From: an uncultured Candidatus Saccharibacteria bacterium
GTDB taxonomy: Bacteria > Patescibacteriota > Minisyncoccia > Phycocordibacterales > Phycocordibacteraceae
Length of the DNA stretch: 64,000 nucleotides
Assembly (NCBI GenBank): GCA_964469405.1
Contig: CAYXYP010000004.1
Coordinates: 7,717-71,716, forward strand
Direction: 5' to 3'
A program made the translations under genes and the position numbers. Position 1 is the first letter of the stretch, and each line of letters opens with the position of its first letter. Below are positions 57,456 through 64,000 of the stretch, piece by piece. A model generated the notes under the pieces. The model made no database searches, was not told the DNA's origin, and saw only the letters and a program-made list of their open reading frames with translations.

Positions 57456-58007
57456 TTAGTTTTCTATGAACGAAATTGAAGTAGGGGGAACGAAGATTTT
57501 TGCATCCATTGTCCACGGACTGCAAGAGAAGGAAAGATCTGTAGCAAGATCTACTCCACCCCTGCTCGCTATCACACTGCCGCTCACACTTGAAGACGCA
57601 GGAAGTTTGATTCCCGTGGCCGCACTTGTTGTCCACGCATAGAGATAGTTACTATCATCTATCATCGTCGAATTAGTAAAGTTGGCACGTGCCATCCCTG
57701 CCACAACATACAATGTTCCCGAACGCATGACACCGCTCGCAGTTTTAATTGAGCAGACCAAAGGTTGTCTCAGATTGAGAAGATATGAGAGCGAACCGAT
57801 TCCGACGGTATTTACAGTGGTTTTCGTCGGCTTGGCTGCTGTATATGAAGATGTCTTGGTCGTCGTTTTTTCCGGTACAGTTGCCGATGGTGTGGTCGTC
57901 GCACTTGGTCCCCTTGTATCCTCACTCTCTATCTTTAATGTGAGATATGCTACACCGCCGACCAAAACTAGTACTATAATTACCCCCAAAATCGTGTTGG
58001 TATTCAT
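57456..58007 (-). CDS. Membrane-anchored T/S-rich hypothetical protein
   Basis: Likely start MNTNTILG at 58007, 7 nt after TGCTATGCT; N-terminal TM; CSI..G.LYV and YLYAW..CSPW..FVPP. Confidence 0.75.
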   Translation of the reverse strand: MNTNTILGVIIVLVLVGGVAYLTLKIESEDTRGPSATTTPSATVPEKTTTKTSSYTAAKPTKTTVNTVGIGSLSYLLNLRQPLVCSIKTASGVMRSGTLYVVAGMARANFTNSTMIDDSNYLYAWTTSAATGIKLPASSSVSGSVIASRGGVDLATDLSFSCSPWTMDAKIFVPPTSISFIEN

Positions 58008-58064
58008 TAGGAATAGCATAGCATCGAAAGAACAAGTTACGCGGGTTGCGGACTCTATATTTCG

Positions 58065-58186
58065 GCTGCCAGACTTGGATTCGCCTCTCGCCGTGCTCGG
58101 CTCGAAACCTACGACGTCTCTTCGACGCCTGCGGCCCGCGGTTCGAATCCAAGTCTGTGTGCGCAAAAACTGCTACGCACTTTTTG
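58065..58186. repeat. tRNA-Gln 3' flank: inverted and direct copies of the tRNA 3' end
   Basis: 58140-58157 is the reverse complement of 58191-58208; 58065-58083 equals 58186-58204. Confidence 0.92.
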
Positions 58187-58257
58187 CTGCCAGACTTGGA
58201 TTCGAACCAAGATACTCAGATTCAGAGTCTGAGGTCCTACCATTAGACGATCTGGCA
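58187..58257 (-). tRNA. tRNA-Gln(CTG)
   Basis: tgccaga/tctggca acceptor, tcaga-ctctgaa-tctga anticodon arm, GTTCGAATCC. Confidence 0.95.
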
Positions 58258-58428
58258 TAACTGTACCTTATTGCCAGACGTTAATGGGAGGACGTTGTCC
58301 TACTGCAAGCGAAGCAAGGCAAAGAAGGAATGTCTGCATTCATTCTTTCCGAGCGAGCGTAGCAGAAAGCCCGAAGGGCTTACCATTAGACGATCTGGCA
58401 ATAGTACGACACAGGAGTGTCGTACTAT
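58258..58428. repeat. tRNA-Gln 5' flank: inverted and direct copies of the tRNA 5' end plus hairpins
   Basis: 58381-58400 equals 58238-58257 (20 bp); 58272-58293 is a degenerate inverted copy; perfect 12-bp hairpin at 58401-58428. Confidence 0.9.
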
Positions 58429-58519
58429 CTAGACGATACGTTATCAAGCAGGTTTGTTCAATACATAGAATTGCGGCAGATGTTTAGTAGAAAAAAGGTT
58501 GAGCATGTAGGATTGTCTG

Positions 58520-60061
58520 ATGCCACACGAAATTACGTCGTTATCTGACGCGGAGCATCGCAATATTATGGTCATCATGGCCGCGCTCATGCTCGCGCTT
58601 CTCTTGGCTGCGCTTGATCAGACAATTGTTTCGACCGCACTGCCGCGTATCGCGAGTGATTTCAACGCACTTTCCGAGTTGCCCTGGGTGGTAACGGCAT
58701 ACCTGCTTGCGACTGCAGTCTCGACACCGCTCTACGGCAAGCTGAGTGATCTCTATGGTCGCAAGCACGTGCTTTCGGTTGCTATCGTCATATTCCTCAT
58801 TGGGTCGGCGCTATCAGGTATGGCGCAGAACATGCTTGAGTTAATCGTCTTTCGCGGTGTCCAAGGTATCGGAGCCGGAGGTTTGATGACGCTCGTATTT
58901 GCAGTAATTGGGGACGTTGTTCCCTCGAGACATCGTGGACGTTATCAGGGGTACTTCGGAGCAGTCTTCGGTCTCGCAAGTGTGGCGGGCCCGCTCCTTG
59001 GCGGAGTATTTACTGACCATCTTTCGTGGCGCTGGATCTTTTATATCAATATTCCGCTTGGGCTTCTTGCTCTTGCTGCAATCTATATCCGGCTTCCGGA
59101 ACACCAGCACCATCGGAAACACTCGATCGATTATGTGGGCGCTTTTATTCTCTCGGTTGCCATTATCTCACTCCTGCTCGTGATGATGTGGGGCGGGGTG
59201 ACTTATGCTTGGAGCTCTTTGCCTATACTTGCGCTCGGTGCAGTTGGCGTCTTTGGGGCGGGGCTGTTTGTCTGGTGGGAATCGTATACGACAGAGGCAC
59301 TCATTCCGCTCCCTCTCTTTAGAAACTCAATCTTCCGTGTTTCTGCATTGCTCTCTCTCGTGTCGGGGGTGGCGATGTTTGCAGCCCTCATTTTCTTGCC
59401 GGAATATCAGCAAGTAGTGCGCGGCTACTCGGCGACGAAATCGGGCCTTCTAATGCTCCCGCTTATTTTCGGTCTATTGGTTGCGTCGATTGGTTCGGGA
59501 CGGGCCATTTCCCATACGGGCAAGTATCGCGTATTTCCGATTATTGGCTCAATTCTCGTGATATGTGGCGTCTGGCTCTTGAGTCATGTTGACGTTACAA
59601 CTCCGCAATGGCTACTCTCAATCTGGATGTTCATCGTGGGTCTTGGTATCGGCTCTTCGTTGCAAGTAACGACGATCGCCGCACAGGACACTGTCCATCC
59701 GCGGGATCTTGGTACCGCTACTTCAACTATCGTTTTCTTCCGCACTATTGGGAGCACCATTGGGACCGCCATTCTGGGTGCAATACTTACCACGCGTTTT
59801 GCGGCGCATCTTGCCGAACTCATGCCCGGTGGAACGAATAGTTTTTCGATACACGATGGCTTGGACTTCGCACAAATACACAATCTCCCGCCCGCTTTGG
59901 CCGCCAACGTGCTCCAAGCCTTTAACGCGGCATTTCAGGACGTATTTTTGTGGACGCTGCCGTTTGCCGTGCTTGCGCTTCTAGTCGCACTATTTCTCAA
60001 GGATCAGCCGCTCCGCTCTGATGCCCGCGAATTCGCCAAGGGCGAAGCGTTGGGTCTGTGA
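58520..60061 (+). CDS. DHA2 (EmrB/QacA) MFS transporter
   Basis: [37 protein letters not shown]; about 14 TMs. Confidence 0.95.
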   Translation: MPHEITSLSDAEHRNIMVIMAALMLALLLAALDQTIVSTALPRIASDFNALSELPWVVTAYLLATAVSTPLYGKLSDLYGRKHVLSVAIVIFLIGSALSGMAQNMLELIVFRGVQGIGAGGLMTLVFAVIGDVVPSRHRGRYQGYFGAVFGLASVAGPLLGGVFTDHLSWRWIFYINIPLGLLALAAIYIRLPEHQHHRKHSIDYVGAFILSVAIISLLLVMMWGGVTYAWSSLPILALGAVGVFGAGLFVWWESYTTEALIPLPLFRNSIFRVSALLSLVSGVAMFAALIFLPEYQQVVRGYSATKSGLLMLPLIFGLLVASIGSGRAISHTGKYRVFPIIGSILVICGVWLLSHVDVTTPQWLLSIWMFIVGLGIGSSLQVTTIAAQDTVHPRDLGTATSTIVFFRTIGSTIGTAILGAILTTRFAAHLAELMPGGTNSFSIHDGLDFAQIHNLPPALAANVLQAFNAAFQDVFLWTLPFAVLALLVALFLKDQPLRSDAREFAKGEALGL

Positions 60062-60100
60062 ACTTATCACGAAGACAGCGCGAGTGATATAGTCATCTAC

Positions 60101-61108
60101 ATGATAGACAAATCGCCGTCGCTATTTCGTTTTTTTCTTGTTCCCAGCGTGGTTTCAATCGCGATACTTGCAGGAGTGGGTATTTTTTTAGGACCAGTCG
60201 CTCTCTTTACGGCAGTGCTGCTTGTCGTGCTTGAAATAACTCTTTCTTTTGACAATGCCGTCGTAAATGCACGAGTGCTTCAGAAGATGAATCCTCTATG
60301 GCAACATCGTTTTCTTACCTGGGGTATCTTTATTGCGGTATTTCTCACGCGCGTAGTGCTCCCGGTCCTCATCGTCGCCGCTTCAGTCGCTATGTCTCCT
60401 TTAGTGATTGCGTCTATTGCTTTGTTTGACCCTGCACAATACGCAGAATTACTACATGGTGCGGAGCACATCATCGCTTCATTTGGAGGGATGTTTCTCA
60501 CCATGGTAGGACTTAAATATTTTTTTGATGAGGCGAAAGAAGTACACTGGATTCATCACATTGAACGACATTTCGCCCGGTGGGGGAGCATAGAAGCGCT
60601 TGAGATTGCCATTGCCCTCAGTCTTCTTACTGGCATAGCTCTCTTTTTGCCTGCGGACAGCACCGGTATTTTCTTTGCGGGCATCATTGCAATCGTGCTC
60701 TTTATTATCGTGCAGGGAATCGCGAATTCTTTCGATATCTCGACAAACAGCGTTGCTGCATCAGGTCTTGCATTGTTCGTCTATCTTAACGTTCTCGATG
60801 CAGCATTCTCGCTCGATAGTGTCGTGGGGGCGTTCGCTCTTTCGACGAGTATCCCAATCATTATCGTCGGTCTTGGCATCGGAGCATATTTCGTACGCAT
60901 GCTCACTCTCTATATGGTGCACAATGGTACGCTCTCTCGAATCATGTACATAGAGCACGGCGCACATTGGGCGATCCTCGGACTTGCGGGAGCGATGTTC
61001 GCAGGCATGTTTGTGCATGTCCCTGAACCAATTATTGGCCTCGTAGGGCTCCTTTTTGTGGGTGGGGCATACATATCGTCTATTCGCTCCGTGTCAGTCC
61101 GTGCATAG
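60101..61108 (+). CDS. DUF475 (TerC-like) membrane protein
   Basis: LEITLSFDNAVVNA, DAAFSLDSVVGAFA, EHGAHWAI. Confidence 0.92.
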   Translation: MIDKSPSLFRFFLVPSVVSIAILAGVGIFLGPVALFTAVLLVVLEITLSFDNAVVNARVLQKMNPLWQHRFLTWGIFIAVFLTRVVLPVLIVAASVAMSPLVIASIALFDPAQYAELLHGAEHIIASFGGMFLTMVGLKYFFDEAKEVHWIHHIERHFARWGSIEALEIAIALSLLTGIALFLPADSTGIFFAGIIAIVLFIIVQGIANSFDISTNSVAASGLALFVYLNVLDAAFSLDSVVGAFALSTSIPIIIVGLGIGAYFVRMLTLYMVHNGTLSRIMYIEHGAHWAILGLAGAMFAGMFVHVPEPIIGLVGLLFVGGAYISSIRSVSVRA

Positions 61109-61176
61109 GGATTGATATCCACCACTATACACTTGCATTTTCTGGACGGTGTCGCATGTAGGGTATACTCAGGGAT

Positions 61177-61202
61177 GTAAGACAGTATCTGTCGCAACGT
61201 CT
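61177..61202 (+). promoter_or_regulatory. Putative ECF sigma promoter
   Basis: GTAAG-N16-CGTCT; same motif and spacing as 62358-62384. Confidence 0.6.
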
Positions 61203-61252
61203 ATAGTGAGCTGTGCTCAGGTACGTTACATAATTAACCTTATTTAAAATCC

Positions 61253-62284
61253 ATGTCAGCATGTAAGAAAATACTAGCAATCGTGATTGCGCTCGGCGTC
61301 TTTGCACCGGCGTCCGCCTTTGCACAGACAGCCTCTACAACGACTTCTACGACGAGTCCGGCAGCAGTTATCGGCCAGATTCAAGCATTGCAGACGCAAA
61401 TCAACTCGTTGCAGCTGCAACAGCAGCAAAATATCGCAATGCTCGTGACGACCCTTCGGCGAGGCTCAACCGGAGATCAGGTGTTGATATTACAGGCTCT
61501 CCTTGCGGCGGATTCAGTTATCTATCCGGAAGGTTTGATTTCCGGATTTTTTGGTCCCTTGACTGCAAAAGCAGTGAAGCGATTCCAGAAGAAGCACGGT
61601 TTCGAGCAAGTAGGGCTAGTCGGCCCGAAGACTCTTAAGAAACTACAAGAGCTTCTACAAAAAAATCCACTTGCTTTCAGCACCCTGACTTCTACCTCCA
61701 CGGCGACGTCGACCTCAAGTCAACTTTCAAGAGGTGATACAAAACGTTTGTGCGCCGTCATATCTTCTCTCACCAAAGATCTACTTCCAGAAGGATGGAA
61801 CAAGAAGGGTAAAGGTGATAATAAGCAAATTATAGCTGGATGCGACAAACGTTCCGAAAAACATGATGAGGATGACGAGGACGATGATCATCGAGGCACA
61901 CCTACGCCAACACCGACTTCTTCTCCTACGCCTACTCCAACCACTTCACCAACACCAACACCAACACCAACACCAGTACCTACTGACATCACACCACCTG
62001 TAAATTCTTCGGTGAGCGTGACGAATATTGCTACTACGACAGCTACTATCTCGTGGGTGACCGACGAGGCGGCTACGAGCAAGATCTACTACAGCACGGC
62101 AACACCAGTAAATCTTCTCTCGGCGCTTACAGTGAGCAATAGTTCGCTTGTGACGAGTCACATTCTTGGCCTCACAGGTCTCACTGCCTCGACGACGTAT
62201 CACTACATCCTAGAATCTAAGGATGCGATTGGGAACACAACGACGACCACCCCTTCGACGCAGATCTTCACCACTGCAAATTAA
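61253..62284 (+). CDS. Secreted peptidoglycan-binding protein with PT linker and C-terminal FN3-like domain
   Basis: Signal peptide; LRRGSTGDQV..LQ..G.FGPLT..AVKRFQ..G.VGPKT; (PT)n; ATISWVTDE..GLTASTTYHY. Confidence 0.85.
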   Translation: MSACKKILAIVIALGVFAPASAFAQTASTTTSTTSPAAVIGQIQALQTQINSLQLQQQQNIAMLVTTLRRGSTGDQVLILQALLAADSVIYPEGLISGFFGPLTAKAVKRFQKKHGFEQVGLVGPKTLKKLQELLQKNPLAFSTLTSTSTATSTSSQLSRGDTKRLCAVISSLTKDLLPEGWNKKGKGDNKQIIAGCDKRSEKHDEDDEDDDHRGTPTPTPTSSPTPTPTTSPTPTPTPTPVPTDITPPVNSSVSVTNIATTTATISWVTDEAATSKIYYSTATPVNLLSALTVSNSSLVTSHILGLTGLTASTTYHYILESKDAIGNTTTTTPSTQIFTTAN

Positions 62285-62299
62285 ACGCGACTCAAACGC

Positions 62300-62333
62300 A
62301 TACAAAACCGCCCCTTTGGGGGCGGTTTTGTAT
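62300..62333 (+). terminator. Intrinsic terminator
   Basis: atacaaaaccgcccc-tttg-ggggcggttttgtat. Confidence 0.85.
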
Positions 62334-62357
62334 TATACTAGGGAGCACGAACGTTCA

Positions 62358-62384
62358 GTAAGGAAATCGTCCCTACCACGTCAT
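62358..62384 (+). promoter_or_regulatory. Putative autoregulatory ECF promoter
   Basis: GTAAG-N16-CGTCAT, 5 nt before the sigma ATG. Confidence 0.6.
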
Positions 62385-62389
62385 AACCT

Positions 62390-62884
62390 ATGAAGGACGA
62401 ATCTTTGGAAATAAAACTGCTTGCTGCTTACGATGCTCACGCTGACGCCATTTTTCGGCACTGCTATTTCAAGACGAGTCAACGAGAGATTGCAGAGGAC
62501 ATGATGCAGGATGTATTTCTCAAAGCGTGGTCCTATATGCAGTTAAAACGCCCGATACTCAACATGCGCGCCTTCCTGTATCGACTTGCCGATAATCTGG
62601 TGATCGACTGGTATCGCAAACACAAGTCCCAGTCACTTGATGCTCTGATGGACGATGGTTTCGAACTGGTTGAAGGAGATACCAGCATCGAGGAACAGAC
62701 GGAAATATCACTCGCGCTCGCAAAGCTCAAGGAGCTCAGTGAAGACGAGCAGAAGCTCATCACGCTACGTTTCGTAGAAGGATTGTCACCTAGCGAAATA
62801 GGGGAAATCCTCGATGAGAATGAAAATACGATTTCAGTACGGATTCACCGAGCTCTGAAGCGATTACGAATACTCTTTAAATAA
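62390..62884 (+). CDS. ECF RNA polymerase sigma factor
   Basis: AEDMMQDVFLKAW, FLYRLADNLVIDWYRK (region 2); EGLSPSEIG..TISVRIHRA (region 4). Confidence 0.93.
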   Translation: MKDESLEIKLLAAYDAHADAIFRHCYFKTSQREIAEDMMQDVFLKAWSYMQLKRPILNMRAFLYRLADNLVIDWYRKHKSQSLDALMDDGFELVEGDTSIEEQTEISLALAKLKELSEDEQKLITLRFVEGLSPSEIGEILDENENTISVRIHRALKRLRILFK

Positions 62885-62891
62885 TCTGCGT

Positions 62892-63749
62892 ATGGAACTA
62901 CCACCAAAAAAATTCATTGAACAACTTCGCTCAATAGCGCTCTCTCATACAGAGCGTTCCACACTGCGCTCGGCGCTTATTGCGCATATGAGTGAGCACG
63001 GTGCGCGACAGGCGGCACCTTCTCCCTGGTCTTCATTTTATTTCGCAAAGCGTATTCAGGTAGTGTCCCTATCCCTCGTCATCGTTATCAGCTACGGAAG
63101 CTCGGTAACTTTTGCCGCAGAGGGTTCCTTGCCAGGGGATATGTTGTATCCCGTTAAAACGTATGTGAATGAGCCGATAGTGCGGGTAGTAACGGTGACC
63201 TCTCCGGCTTCAGAAGCGGCGTTTGAAACAAAACTGCTTGAGAAACGCCTCGAGGAAGCCGAGACTCTTGATGCCGAGGAAAGCTTTAACCCAGAGCTCA
63301 AACTGTCTGTGCGCGAGGGCATACACGAGCAAAGCATCAAAGCGAAAGAGAAAATCAATGATGCCGAAAATTCTTCTGGCGCCAACGTATCCTCCACCAC
63401 AATATCTATAACTGGTGAGATCAGCACAAGCTCTCCCGAAAGTATTTCGGAGAAGGGAGATCAGTCTCACGATAATCTAGGCAGCGATAAAAAGAATCTC
63501 GATAATGAACATCCGGTATTGCGTGCTACTGAATCTGTAACTGACGCGGTCAATATCAGCTCTCCCGAAAACACCTCGGGGAGTAGTGGGTCGTCTAATG
63601 TAAATTCGGGCAGTAGCAAAAGTGACAGCGAGAGCTCTCTGAAAGATATACAACAAAAGCACAAAGATATTCTCGAGAAATTAGACCTTACTTTCGAAGA
63701 AGGCGATAACGATGATAATGAAACAGAAGAGCGTAGGAGGGGAGAATAG
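62892..63749 (+). CDS. Putative anti-sigma factor with DUF5667-like domain
   Basis: Short cytoplasmic N-terminus, TM, AEGSLPGDMLYPVK..E..KRLEE; acidic S-rich tail; directly follows the sigma gene. Confidence 0.75.
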   Translation: MELPPKKFIEQLRSIALSHTERSTLRSALIAHMSEHGARQAAPSPWSSFYFAKRIQVVSLSLVIVISYGSSVTFAAEGSLPGDMLYPVKTYVNEPIVRVVTVTSPASEAAFETKLLEKRLEEAETLDAEESFNPELKLSVREGIHEQSIKAKEKINDAENSSGANVSSTTISITGEISTSSPESISEKGDQSHDNLGSDKKNLDNEHPVLRATESVTDAVNISSPENTSGSSGSSNVNSGSSKSDSESSLKDIQQKHKDILEKLDLTFEEGDNDDNETEERRRGE

Positions 63750-63838
63750 TCACTGGACTATCATCTCTACTACATAAACTATGTTACCAAAGCAACATAG
63801 TTTATGTTCATAGAAGATACCCGCTACGTAGTAGCGGG

Positions 63839-63919
63839 TTATAGATTGCCAGGAAGGAACATCCCGACCATGCTAAGGGCAAGCAGGATGACGAAAATGA
63901 TGGTAAATGCGCGTTTCAT
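63839..63919 (-). CDS. 26-aa single-TM small protein
   Basis: MKRAFTIIFVILLALSMVGMFLPGNL*; TGCTATGCT 6 nt upstream; hairpin 63819-63839 at the stop. Confidence 0.6.
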   Translation of the reverse strand: MKRAFTIIFVILLALSMVGMFLPGNL

Positions 63920-63967
63920 TGCTGTAGCATAGCAGATTTTTATAAAAATGGATTATACTCTACCTAC

Positions 63968-64000
63968 ATGAACTTTCTCGTGCGGTACAAGCACTCAGGA
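63968..64000 (+). CDS. Start of a gene running off the window edge
   Basis: TATACT 8 nt before ATG; MNFLVRYKHSG, open to the edge. Confidence 0.4.
   Translation, partial: MNFLVRYKHSG

Noticed and set aside
58008-58166. N-terminal extension of ORF 57456-58166
   Set aside because: It runs through the tRNA-flanking repeats; the -10 box and TM position support a start at 58007.
58065-58204. tRNA 3' direct repeats as attL/attR of a prophage or island
   Set aside because: The copies are only ~120 bp (Gln) and ~170 bp (Asp) apart with no integrase or cargo, and inverted and 5' copies are not explained by integration. A heavily deleted remnant cannot be fully excluded.
61897-61983. (PT)n low-complexity repeat as a distinct element
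   Set aside because: Ordinary Pro/Thr linker between domains.
1-64000. Alternative genetic code (TGA=Gly) or stop readthrough
   Set aside because: TGA ends intact genes (prmC, ftsE, ABC-F, MFS) at the expected lengths and RF2 with SPF is present.

Overview
A gene-dense bacterial chromosomal segment in genetic code 11 (TGA is used as stop and RF2 is present). Gene content and style suggest Patescibacteria/CPR, probably Parcubacteria; this is inference from N-terminally trimmed RF1/RF2, type-B L31, an ECF sigma with a DUF5667-like partner and the scarcity of Shine-Dalgarno sites. Housekeeping genes: hisS (partial), prmC, rpmE2, prfA, prfB, a pseudouridine synthase, ftsEX, pyrG, a BaiN-family flavoprotein and five tRNAs. 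Accessory blocks: a ~14.5 kb minus-strand glycosylation operon with unusual multi-enzyme fusions; a divergent pair of secreted proteins, one with Gly/Thr pentapeptide repeats and an exact 356-bp tandem duplication; two signalling modules, one of them DUF2156 + EamA + Cys-rich protein + 7TM kinase; an M23/beta-propeller pair behind a repeat-laden leader; an alternative-oxidase-like di-iron protein; many transporters. Non-coding structure read directly from the sequence: (i) tRNA-Gln and tRNA-Asp are each flanked on both sides by direct and inverted partial copies of their own ends with hairpin-rich spacers; (ii) palindromes lie in frame inside prmC and an ABC-F gene; (iii) about 20 genes have a -10 box 6-9 nt before the start codon, suggesting leaderless mRNAs; (iv) all five tRNA genes end N73-C-A; (v) a GTAAG-N16-CGTC ECF-type promoter is shared by the sigma gene and its neighbour. 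No CRISPR array, integrase, transposase or rRNA was seen. All family assignments come from motif recognition by eye; no database searches were run.
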